41,294 bases of DNA. It comes from an uncultured Candidatus Saccharibacteria bacterium. GTDB lineage: Bacteria > Patescibacteriota > Minisyncoccia > Portnoybacterales > UBA2143. The notes below the pieces were generated by a model that ran no database searches, was not told the origin of the DNA, and was given only the letters and a program-made list of their open reading frames with translations. Positions within the stretch are counted from its first letter, which is position 1; the number at the start of each line of letters is the position of its first letter. Below are positions 34,177 to 41,294 of the stretch, one piece after another. The stretch lies in the NCBI GenBank assembly GCA_964407595.1, contig CAYOWE010000001.1:16643-57936 (forward strand). Reading direction: 5' to 3'. A program made the translations under genes and the position numbers.

Positions 34177-34551
34177 TCAAAGATTTTCCTCTTTACTGCA
34201 TTTCATGCATAATCTTGCCTCAGGGACAACTTCCAGGCGTTTTGGTTCAATCTTTTTTTGACACTTCTCGCATTTACCATAATCACCTTTTTTAATTTTA
34301 ATTAATGCATCTTCAATATCCTCAAGCCGCAATTCTAAAGTATGTTCAACTGGTAATAAATTTTCGTATCCTTCTATTTCTTCAGCGTTTTCATCTTTAC
34401 GGGAACGATTTAAACCAAAGAAAGGAAAACGGGTCAGCCAATTCCCTTTTAATAGAGGGTCTTTTTTAGCAAAAAATCCGAGATCCTTGATTAATCTCTT
34501 TTTTTCTGCTTCTAATTTCTTTTGGAGATTTTTTTGTAAATCCTTATCCAT
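34177..34551 (-). CDS. DksA/TraR-family C4 zinc-finger protein
   Basis: The 124-aa ORF has a coiled-coil N-terminus and CEKCQKKI...CMKCS. Confidence 0.7.
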   Translation of the reverse strand: MDKDLQKNLQKKLEAEKKRLIKDLGFFAKKDPLLKGNWLTRFPFFGLNRSRKDENAEEIEGYENLLPVEHTLELRLEDIEDALIKIKKGDYGKCEKCQKKIEPKRLEVVPEARLCMKCSKEENL

Positions 34552-34621
34552 GCCAATGTTGTCTAAATTTATAAGCTGAGCTCAATGCGAAGCGTAATGA
34601 ATTTAGCCACAACATTGAGCA

Positions 34622-34719
34622 CCCCGCCCTCTATGCTTTAACTGTAAGGCATAGGGTTAAAAGTAATTTATATTATCAATAACCTTAATAATTGCTAGGT
34701 TACAACTTAGAGGGCGGGG
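34622..34719 (+). repeat. GC-clamped long hairpin element, copy 4 (leader of the dksA-like gene), core inverted
   Basis: The inverted repeat lies at 34622-34632 / 34709-34719. The interior matches the reverse complement of copies 1 and 2. Confidence 0.85.
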
Positions 34720-34764
34720 TAAGGGTTTTCTAACTCCGCATTACTGCGTAGAGAAAGCCCTTTA

Positions 34765-34793
34765 ATTTTAGCACAAAAATATGATGTCAACAA
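34765..34793 (-). promoter_or_regulatory. Extended -10 promoter for the dksA-like gene and its long leader
   Basis: The minus strand reads TTGTTG, 17 nt, then TGcTAAAAT (-10 at 34765-34770). A perfect TTGACA also lies at 34785-34790, but only 14 nt away. Confidence 0.45.
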
Positions 34794-34827
34794 GGTTTTG
34801 TGAAAATAAAAAAAGGCCACTTTAATA

Positions 34828-34856
34828 TTGACTCTTTTAGAAAATTATGATATTAT
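34828..34856 (+). promoter_or_regulatory. Strong plus-strand promoter with no downstream ORF
   Basis: It reads TTGACT (34828-34833), a 17-nt spacer ending in TGa, then TATTAT (34851-34856). Confidence 0.6.
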
Positions 34857-34862
34857 AGAGGG

Positions 34863-35136
34863 ACCTTGTGACCAAAATTAATTACTTCAAGGGCCCAAGG
34901 TCCCTCTTTGTTTTTCTACAATCAAGGCGTTATCACGCTATTTTTTTATAATAATTGCCTCCTGCGCAATAAACAGCCATTTACAGAAAAACATTTTTTA
35001 TCTTCTGCTAATCACCGGTCCTTTTTAGGACCTTGATATAACTGTTAAAAATTAAAGAACTAATAAATTCTATTTGCAATCAGCAAAAGATGTCCCCTGA
35101 TAAGTTTCAGTAAATTTGCGGGGACATTTTTATTTT
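34863..35136 (+). ncRNA. Candidate non-coding transcript bounded by a promoter and a terminator
   Basis: The predicted TSS is ~34863. One hairpin with a U-run lies at 34857-34916 and a second lies at 35090-35136. No ATG-initiated ORF is longer than 3 codons. I recognise no known RNA family. Confidence 0.3.
35090..35136 (+). terminator. Rho-independent terminator (also usable on the minus strand after 35190..35882)
   Basis: The stem pairs atgtcccc with ggggacat (35090-35097 / 35120-35127). It is followed by tttttatttt and preceded by aaaag. Confidence 0.6.
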
Positions 35137-35189
35137 ATCAATCAGGGACCATCTTTGTCAAGTCCTGTTTATCCACAGCTTATAAACAA

Positions 35190-35882
35190 TTATTTATCAA
35201 TGATTAAATCAATCGTTTTTTCTAAGGATTCTTGAGAATTACTAATAATAAAGTAATCGCCTACTTGACTATAAAGATAATTAATTGTCGAAGAAAGAGG
35301 TCTTAAAATAGTTATTTCAATCTGACGGTAAATTTGAGAGGAAAGATCATAATCCTCTTTAAGTTTTGACTCAATTTTATCTAATATCTGGCTTATTTGA
35401 GCCGTTGAACTTTTTTTCTCTAAAAGCAAAGTAAAAGGAAGGGATATTTCCGAATTAGCGGGCAATAGGATAAAAGCCATTTCTGGCTTAAAAAGCGGCT
35501 GGATATCTTCTTGAAAACTCAATTGCGACTGAATGAAATAATCATTGAGTTTGTCCATAGCTCCCGGCCCATAGAAATTATTTTCTCTTAAAAATTGATT
35601 TAAAGGAGCCATCTGTGGATAAAGTTCTTGCTGATTAATTAGCCCAAAAATAACGGTTTCTTCAGGAATTAAATCAGCAAAAGCCATTTTTTGAGAAGAG
35701 AAAAACCAGCAACCCAGGATTGAAAAAATAATTATTAGAAATAAACCAATGCCTAAAAACAGCCATTTTCTTGATGGCTGTTTTTGCTTTGCTTCTGGCC
35801 TATCCCGCAAATCCACTTTCATTTCTTCAGCAATCTCATCAGCCGAATCACCTTTTTTAATTTGAATGGGAATTTTGGGCAT
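35190..35882 (-). CDS. Membrane-anchored hypothetical protein
   Basis: The 230-aa ORF has one TM segment. Its C-terminal domain resembles the central domain of the upstream 628-aa protein (YFIISNSQESLEKTIDLI versus KLVMTTSRESMYATIDAL). Confidence 0.55.
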   Translation of the reverse strand: MPKIPIQIKKGDSADEIAEEMKVDLRDRPEAKQKQPSRKWLFLGIGLFLIIIFSILGCWFFSSQKMAFADLIPEETVIFGLINQQELYPQMAPLNQFLRENNFYGPGAMDKLNDYFIQSQLSFQEDIQPLFKPEMAFILLPANSEISLPFTLLLEKKSSTAQISQILDKIESKLKEDYDLSSQIYRQIEITILRPLSSTINYLYSQVGDYFIISNSQESLEKTIDLIIDK

Positions 35883-35887
35883 TTGAA

Positions 35888-37774
35888 TTATTCAATAAAT
35901 TTGAAAGTGGAGAGAATATTTCTATAAAATTCTTCAGGATTTTCGCCATAGAAACCTCTAAATAAAAACCTATAGGTACCAATTTCATCAATTGCAAAAA
36001 AGACAATTATCTCTTCGTCAAGCTCATCAAACCCATAAGTAGATCTATAAAAATTAATATTATTTATTTTAACATTATTTGCATCCTCAATTGGAATATT
36101 CACAGCAAGAGGAATATCAACACTAACCCAATTAAGCGCACTGTTTACGTCATCAACAAAATTAATAGTTTCTTCATCTCCTGTTGGCTGTATAAACTCA
36201 AATCCATACGTAGTCTGCCAACCGTTCGGATATCTAATTTCGTATTTATATTTTTCGTTTGTATACGTCTGCCAGTCGGAAGTATCTATTCCAGTTTCGG
36301 GTTCCACTTCACTTTCCGGTTCGCTTTCCGCCTTCAACAAAGCATCAATAGTGGCATACATGCTTTCCCGGGAAGTAGTCATGACTAATTTATTGCCAAC
36401 AATGGCATAATCAATACTTAAGTCAGGGCTAGGGAAATTAAGGTAGCGGATGACGATATCCTGATAAAGATTATCCTGGAATTCTTCCGTAGCGGTTGGC
36501 TGGACTTCTATATCTAAACCGAGGAAAAACGACTCCAGGTCAGTTTTGATACTGGTTTCCCAATTACGCAATTCTTGGCTTAAATCAACGCCCTCAACTA
36601 AAGCAATAACTATAGCCAAACGGTTGCCTTCTGGCTGGCTGTAGAAATATAAAGTATAATTCCCTCCTTTAATATCACTGTTCGCGGCAGTGAAAAGAAT
36701 ACTATTCGGCAAACTTATTCCTAAAGATGAAACAAGCGTATCTAAATCAGCATATTTTTTCTCTGTTTGACTGATTAATTTGGCTAAAATTCGTTTAAAA
36801 GTATTAAGGGTCTGTTCTTGGGCAGCCACTAATTTCAAATCATCAAGGAGCAAATTTTCCTGACCGATAGTCAATTCAATGGTTCTGGTCTCATCTACTG
36901 GAATAAGCGGTTCGGGCACAGTCGGCTCAACTGGCTGGCAATCTTCGTCAGCGAGACATTGGTCTTCTCCTTCTCCTTCAATACTGACGCATTGAAAGTC
37001 CTGGCATTGATAATACATGGCTACTGGCAGAATTACTCGCAAATAATTCCACCAATAAAAAAACCCTCCAATTCCTCCAATAATTAAGATAACTGCTAAG
37101 CCAACAAAAACAAATTTTAAACGACTCTTTTTGATGGCTGGCTTAACTTCTTTCTTGAGAGGCAATTCTTTCTTGAAAAGAACTGGCTTAGGCGGAATCG
37201 GTTTAGGCAATGTTGACATCTTAGGAGAAAATGGTTTAGGCAAAACTGGCGCTTTGACAACAGCTGGTTTAGGAAGCTTAACCGACCGACTAGGCCGAAA
37301 GAGATGAAAAAATCGAGAAATAAAAGAAGGTTTTTTCTTGGGAAGAACTGGTTTCGTCTTCTCGACTTCTTTTCTTCCTTCTTTTACTTCTTCCCGTTCT
37401 ATTTTCTGACGAGATATTTCAGCCCTCATTCTTTCTTCTTCTAATCTTTTTTGTGTTTCTTCAATCCTCTTTTTAATCTCGGTTTCCTTCATAAGTCTCT
37501 CCGCCGATTTTAAACGAAAAGGAGAAGGAGAAGGAAAAGCCGGTCTTTCATCTGGTTTAACTACCGGCAGTTCGGCTGGCGGAGCGGCTTTTTTAACATG
37601 GTCAGCCTTTGGTAATAAAGGTCTGGCAGAGTGACCCTTCTTTAAGGATTCAATATCTCCCTGCATAGTCCGAATAAATTGCTTTTTTGACGATTCCAAA
37701 ACTTCGGCCAGCTTAAGCGGCTTTCTTTCTTTAGTTAATTGAGTAGATTCTTTTATATCCGCAATAGTCGTCAT
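35888..37774 (-). CDS. Large membrane-anchored hypothetical protein with a K/P-rich linker
   Basis: The ORF track gives 637 aa. I chose the start at MTTIADIKEST (37772-37774) because the upstream 9 codons lie in a GC-rich repeat. Confidence 0.55.
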   Translation of the reverse strand: MTTIADIKESTQLTKERKPLKLAEVLESSKKQFIRTMQGDIESLKKGHSARPLLPKADHVKKAAPPAELPVVKPDERPAFPSPSPFRLKSAERLMKETEIKKRIEETQKRLEEERMRAEISRQKIEREEVKEGRKEVEKTKPVLPKKKPSFISRFFHLFRPSRSVKLPKPAVVKAPVLPKPFSPKMSTLPKPIPPKPVLFKKELPLKKEVKPAIKKSRLKFVFVGLAVILIIGGIGGFFYWWNYLRVILPVAMYYQCQDFQCVSIEGEGEDQCLADEDCQPVEPTVPEPLIPVDETRTIELTIGQENLLLDDLKLVAAQEQTLNTFKRILAKLISQTEKKYADLDTLVSSLGISLPNSILFTAANSDIKGGNYTLYFYSQPEGNRLAIVIALVEGVDLSQELRNWETSIKTDLESFFLGLDIEVQPTATEEFQDNLYQDIVIRYLNFPSPDLSIDYAIVGNKLVMTTSRESMYATIDALLKAESEPESEVEPETGIDTSDWQTYTNEKYKYEIRYPNGWQTTYGFEFIQPTGDEETINFVDDVNSALNWVSVDIPLAVNIPIEDANNVKINNINFYRSTYGFDELDEEIIVFFAIDEIGTYRFLFRGFYGENPEEFYRNILSTFKFIE

Positions 37775-37797
37775 TGCAAGCAAATAAAGTGAGCGCG

Positions 37798-37827
37798 GCA
37801 ATCCCGACCGATATTCTGCGGGATTGC
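37798..37827. repeat. GC-rich hairpin in the pnp-downstream spacer
   Basis: The arms are gcaatcccg / cgggattgc (37798-37806 / 37819-37827), inside a GC-rich island. Confidence 0.7.
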
Positions 37828-37910
37828 GGAGCCTGTCCTGAGCATTAGCGAAGAATCTTCTTCGTTCCTCATAATAATATGAGTGGCTTCCAGGTTTTAA
37901 GTCTTATGAT

Positions 37911-40031
37911 TCAGGATTTAATTTTGCCCAAAGATAAACCAATCCGACCCTGCTCATCAATTTTTTTTACTTTAACCGGAATGATTTGACCAACTTCAAT
38001 TATATCTTCAACCCGTTGGACATGATGAGGAGCTAATTCAGAAATATGAAGCAATCCATCCTGTCCAGGCAAGATTTCTACAAAAGCGCCGAAGTCGGTA
38101 ATTTTCATTACTCGGCCTTGAAAAGTCTCGCCTATTTCAACTTCCCGGGTTAAATTCTTAATCCATTCCAGGGCTTTTTGGCCACCTTCTTCATCAAGGG
38201 AAGTAATATTAACCAAACCATCATCTTCAACATCAATCTTGGCCCCGGTTTTCTCAATAATCTCATTGATCATTTTCCCGCCTGGTCCAATAACATCCCG
38301 AATTTTTTCCCGATTAATCCTAAGACTTAAAACACGAGGCGCTAAGGCAGAAAGCTCAGAACGCGGCTGAGCAATCAGCTTATCCATTTCTTTTAAAATG
38401 AATAGCCGGCCTTGTTTGGCTTGCTCAAAAACTTTCTTAAGGATTTCCAGAGTAACTCCTTCTATTTTAACATCCATCTGACAGGCTGTCACTCCTTCTT
38501 TAGTCCCGGCGATCTTACAATCCATATCACCATGATGGTCTTCCGGTCCTTGAATATCAGTTAAGACCCGGTAATGCTCAGTTGATTCCATCATTAAACC
38601 CATAGCTACTCCGCTGACATTTCTTTTGATAGGCACCCCGGCATCCATTAAAGCCAAACTGGAACCACTGACTGAAGCCATAGAAGAAGAACCATTAGAA
38701 GAGAGAATTTCCGAAACCAAACGGATGGTATAAGGAAAGTCCTCTTTAGGGGGAATCAGCGGCGAAAGGGCCCTTTCCGCTAAGGCGCCGTGTCCAATTT
38801 CCCGGCGACCCGGACCGCCCAGCCGACCGGTCTCACCAGTGCAAAAAGGAGGAAAATTATAATGGTGCATAAAATGCTTTTTGTATTCAACTTCCATCCC
38901 TTCAATGGTTTGTTCATCACCAGGCGCTCCTAAGGTAATTACGGAAAGGGCCTGGGTGGCCCCTCTTTGAAATAATCCAGAACCATGGGTCCGCGGTAAA
39001 AGGCCGAGTTGGCACTTAATCGGCCGGACTTCATCTAATTGGCGGCCATCAGCCCTCTTTTCCTGACCAGCCGATGCTTTTAAAATATTTCGGTGAACAA
39101 GCTGATTAACTTCCTCTTCAAGAATCTCCTTTATTTGGATTTCTTTCTCCCTTAAATCATCATCTTTGCTTAAGACAGAAAGCAATTCTCTCTCTAACTC
39201 TTTTAATTCTTCAAAGCGCTCTTTCTTGGTTGACTGAAAGATTGCTTTTTCTAATTTACCATCTAACCAATCTTTAACTTGTTTTAGCAATTCCGGCTCT
39301 GGTTCTTTAATGGCTAAAACCGCCTTGGTTGGTTCATTTTCTTTAATAATCTTTTTTTGCCACTGAACAATTTCTTTGAGATGCGGCTGAACAAATTCCA
39401 TGGCTGATAATAATACTTCTTCAGAAACCTGATTAGCTCCCCCTTCTAACATATTAATTTTATCTTCTTTGCCAGCCACAACCAAATCAAAATCACTTTT
39501 TTGTCTGGCTTCATAAGTAGGATTTAAAACCCATTCCTGCTTAGAGCCGTTTTCTCCTGTTGAAGTACGACCTATTCTTAATCCAGCCATAGGACCATCC
39601 CAGGGAATATCAGAAATAGCTAAAGCTAAAGAAACAGCTATTAAGGCGGGGATATCCGGATCGTTTTCTTTATCAAAAGAAAGAACAGTCAGAATTACTT
39701 GAATATCATTTCTAATTTTTTGATTAAAGCCGGGCCGAATAATTCGGTCAATCATCCGACCGGTTAAAACCGCTTCATCAGAAGCCCGACCTTCCCTTTT
39801 CATAAAACGGCCGCTTTTGATTTTGCCCGCCGCATAAAGCTTTTCTTCGTAATCAACAGTTAAGGGAAGATAATCAACTTCCCTGACTTGACTATCCATC
39901 ACGCAAGTAGCTAAAACAACCGTCTCTCCGTAAGTAAGCAAAACTGCTCCATTGGCTTGTTCAGCCAATTGACCGATTTCCACTTTTAATTCCCGGCCAG
40001 CCCAGTCCATCTTAAATTGTTTAGGATTCAT
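37911..40031 (-). CDS. pnp: Polyribonucleotide nucleotidyltransferase (PNPase)
   Basis: The 706-aa ORF has two RNase PH domains, a KH domain and an S1 domain (GETFQGRVMKITDFGAFVEI). Confidence 0.96.
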   Translation of the reverse strand: MNPKQFKMDWAGRELKVEIGQLAEQANGAVLLTYGETVVLATCVMDSQVREVDYLPLTVDYEEKLYAAGKIKSGRFMKREGRASDEAVLTGRMIDRIIRPGFNQKIRNDIQVILTVLSFDKENDPDIPALIAVSLALAISDIPWDGPMAGLRIGRTSTGENGSKQEWVLNPTYEARQKSDFDLVVAGKEDKINMLEGGANQVSEEVLLSAMEFVQPHLKEIVQWQKKIIKENEPTKAVLAIKEPEPELLKQVKDWLDGKLEKAIFQSTKKERFEELKELERELLSVLSKDDDLREKEIQIKEILEEEVNQLVHRNILKASAGQEKRADGRQLDEVRPIKCQLGLLPRTHGSGLFQRGATQALSVITLGAPGDEQTIEGMEVEYKKHFMHHYNFPPFCTGETGRLGGPGRREIGHGALAERALSPLIPPKEDFPYTIRLVSEILSSNGSSSMASVSGSSLALMDAGVPIKRNVSGVAMGLMMESTEHYRVLTDIQGPEDHHGDMDCKIAGTKEGVTACQMDVKIEGVTLEILKKVFEQAKQGRLFILKEMDKLIAQPRSELSALAPRVLSLRINREKIRDVIGPGGKMINEIIEKTGAKIDVEDDGLVNITSLDEEGGQKALEWIKNLTREVEIGETFQGRVMKITDFGAFVEILPGQDGLLHISELAPHHVQRVEDIIEVGQIIPVKVKKIDEQGRIGLSLGKIKS

Positions 40032-40111
40032 AAGATTTAATTCCTGCTCTCCAGACTTTAGACTAGATCAGTAGCCTACCTGTCTGAAGACCAGAAAAAG
40101 TTAGTTATTTA

Positions 40112-40624
40112 TTATTTTTTAATTAAATATCTATTTTTGTTTTTACTTAAATCAATAAAATCATCAGCTGCTTCTTGTAACTTAGCTGAAGCGCTCCGGC
40201 TAAAGGCAATTACCTCTGTTTGGATGCCCTTAGTTATTTTAAGATATTCCACCAAAGGGATAAAATCTCCATCGCCAGTTACCAGAATAATCGCATCAAC
40301 TAAATCAGAAAATTTAATCGCATCAACAGTTATGCCAACATCCCAATCGCCTTTTTTCATCCCCCCGGGAAAAATCTGCAAGTCTTTCGTTTTTACTTCA
40401 AGACCTGATTTGCCCAAAGCGTCAAAAAAGGATTTTTCTTCTGGAGTTTCTGTCTGGGTAGCATAAGCAATGGCCCGAATGAGCTTGCGATCAGCCACGG
40501 CCGCTTTAAGAACCTCTTTAAAATTCACCCGGGCGCCATAAAGATTCTTAGCTGAATGATACATATTCTGAACATCTATTAAAACGGCTACTCGTTGTTC
40601 TTTGTGTTTGATAATAGGCATCAT
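40112..40624 (-). CDS. NYN/LabA-like domain protein (predicted ribonuclease fold)
   Basis: The 170-aa ORF contains [12 protein letters not shown]...[12 protein letters not shown]. Its start overlaps the rpsO stop (ATGA). Confidence 0.75.
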   Translation of the reverse strand: MMPIIKHKEQRVAVLIDVQNMYHSAKNLYGARVNFKEVLKAAVADRKLIRAIAYATQTETPEEKSFFDALGKSGLEVKTKDLQIFPGGMKKGDWDVGITVDAIKFSDLVDAIILVTGDGDFIPLVEYLKITKGIQTEVIAFSRSASAKLQEAADDFIDLSKNKNRYLIKK

Positions 40625-40887
40625 TTTTTCAATCCTAATTTTTTAATTACTTTCTTATACTTCTTTTCATCGTTTTCTTTTAGATAATCTAAAAGACGTT
40701 TTCGTTTAGTAACCATTTTCAAAAGACCCCGCCGGGAATGATTATCCTTGGGGTGTTTTTTGAGATGCCTAGCTAATTCCTCAATTTGTTTGGTAAAAAT
40801 AGCAATCTGCACTTCCGAAGAACCAGTATCTTTTTGATGTCTTTTATACTCTTTAATTACCTTAGATTTTTTATTTGGTTTAAGCAT
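40621..40887 (-). CDS. rpsO: 30S ribosomal protein S15
   Basis: The S15-like sequence contains [35 protein letters not shown]. The ATG is at 40885-40887. Confidence 0.93.
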   Translation of the reverse strand: MLKPNKKSKVIKEYKRHQKDTGSSEVQIAIFTKQIEELARHLKKHPKDNHSRRGLLKMVTKRKRLLDYLKENDEKKYKKVIKKLGLKK

Positions 40888-40963
40888 TATTTTTATTGTA
40901 TCAAGAAAAATAAAAAAAGGCAACTGGGGAAAATGAAAACCGCTTCAAAGTAGTTTTATTTAG

Positions 40964-41036
40964 TGCGCCCACTAGGAGTCGGACCTAGAACCTTATCCTT
41001 AAGAGGGATCTGCTCTGCCAATTGAGCTATGGGCGC
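40964..41036 (-). tRNA. tRNA-Lys (CUU)
   Basis: Hand-folded cloverleaf. The acceptor is gcgccca/tgggcgc, the anticodon loop is ctCTTaa, and the T-loop is tccgact (C at position 55). Confidence 0.88.
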
Positions 41037-41048
41037 ATTAAAGTTTTC

Positions 41049-41123
41049 TGGCGCCCTCGCCAGGATTCGAACCCGGAACAACGGTTCCGAAGACCATTGT
41101 GATATCCATTTCACCACGAGGGC
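41049..41123 (-). tRNA. tRNA-Arg (UCG) with encoded CCA
   Basis: Hand-folded cloverleaf. The acceptor is gccctcg/cgagggc, the anticodon loop is ctTCGga, the T-loop is ttcgaat, and the 3' end is gcca. Confidence 0.88.
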
Positions 41124-41143
41124 TTATTACTTATTAATAAGAT

Positions 41144-41172
41144 ATTTTATCCTAAAATAGAAACTTCGTCAA
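41144..41172 (-). promoter_or_regulatory. Promoter of the tRNA-Arg/tRNA-Lys unit
   Basis: The minus strand reads TTGACG (41167-41172), 17 nt, then TAAAAT (41144-41149). Confidence 0.6.
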
Positions 41173-41201
41173 TTGCCAAAAAGGGGATTTTGGATTATGA
41201 T
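41173..41201 (+). promoter_or_regulatory. Promoter of the cca-like gene, abutting the divergent tRNA promoter
   Basis: It reads TTGCCA (41173-41178), 17 nt, then TATGAT (41196-41201). The ATG at 41208 falls at the expected +1. Confidence 0.55.
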
Positions 41202-41207
41202 TAAATC

Positions 41208-41294
41208 ATGAAGCTTCCTCAAGAAATTAAAACTGTTTTGAATAAATTGGACAAAGCCGGCTTTGAGGCTTATGCGGTTGGCGGTTGCGTCCGC
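41208..41294 (+). CDS. tRNA nucleotidyltransferase (CCA-adding)/poly(A) polymerase family, N-terminal 29 codons only
   Basis: My own translation gives MKLPQEIKTVLNKLDKAGFEAYAVGGCVR, the typical GG.VRD head-domain start. The ORF is open at the window end. Confidence 0.6.
   Translation, partial: MKLPQEIKTVLNKLDKAGFEAYAVGGCVR

Noticed and set aside
6592-34719. Whether the four GC-clamped repeats could be a CRISPR array or known self-cleaving ribozymes.
   Set aside because: The copies are kilobases apart, ~100 nt long and internally palindromic, with no short regular repeat-spacer pattern and no cas genes. I found no hammerhead CUGAUGA...GAAA core. The AT-rich interior also lacks the G/C-rich pseudoknot segments expected of twister-type ribozymes.
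34868-34951. GTG-initiated 27-codon ORF with an upstream gaggg inside the orphan unit.
   Set aside because: The SD-like sequence lies upstream of the predicted transcription start. The ORF also runs through the terminator hairpin, and nothing suggests it is coding.
34760-35189. Whether the 430-nt gene-free gap holds RNase P RNA, tmRNA, SRP RNA or 6S RNA.
   Set aside because: I saw no GGAAAGUCCGG-type P4 motif, no tRNA-like acceptor/T-arm plus tag ORF, and no SRP domain IV GGAA/AGCA motifs. 6S RNA cannot be judged by eye. I therefore kept the region only as an unclassified candidate ncRNA.
1-41294. Alternative genetic code (UGA recoding, as in some CPR lineages).
   Set aside because: All conserved genes translate at full length with the standard code and end at normal stops, including TGA. 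I saw no in-frame TGA interruptions.

Overview
This is an AT-rich, gene-dense window with almost every gene on the minus strand. It reads as the core translation locus of a small-genome bacterium. Reading in the direction of transcription (high to low coordinates), the order is: two tRNAs; rpsO, an NYN-domain gene and pnp; two membrane-anchored hypothetical proteins; a DksA/TraR-like zinc-finger gene; and comM. Next come a LysM/CHAP hydrolase and rpsT (both on the + strand), ruvA, a FemAB-family gene, a Mur ligase, an O-antigen-ligase-like membrane protein, a tRNA, a PHP-domain EndoQ-like gene, a zinc-ribbon gene, yidD, a 6-TM protein and PolX. These are followed by a VanZ-like gene, pilM/N/O-like genes, two tRNAs and the str operon (rpsL-rpsG-fusA-small ORF-tuf). 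The window ends with the complete S10/spc ribosomal protein cluster through secY-adk-map. Three traits fit Patescibacteria/CPR: there is no L30 gene between rpsE and rplO, many ribosomal proteins carry charged extensions, and many genes lack a Shine-Dalgarno sequence. That assignment is an inference; no database search was possible. No CRISPR array, transposase, integrase or recognisable defence or toxin genes were seen. The most unusual content is non-coding. (1) A four-copy family of composite structured elements interrupts the ribosomal protein and str operons and forms the leader of the dksA-like gene. Each copy has a roughly 100-nt hairpin closed by an 11-bp GC-rich inverted repeat. One copy carries a compensatory double substitution in that repeat. 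In another copy the core is flipped relative to conserved, non-palindromic junction sequences, which resembles an invertible DNA segment. (2) GC-rich palindromic modules sit in frame inside coding sequences: S12, S17, S7 and probably L3 share one module, and a FemAB-family gene carries a perfect 43-nt palindrome. (3) A roughly 275-nt unit bounded by a strong promoter and a terminator contains no ORF. Smaller oddities are listed as separate findings. All coordinates were checked against ORF boundaries by hand. All functional assignments come from motif recognition only.
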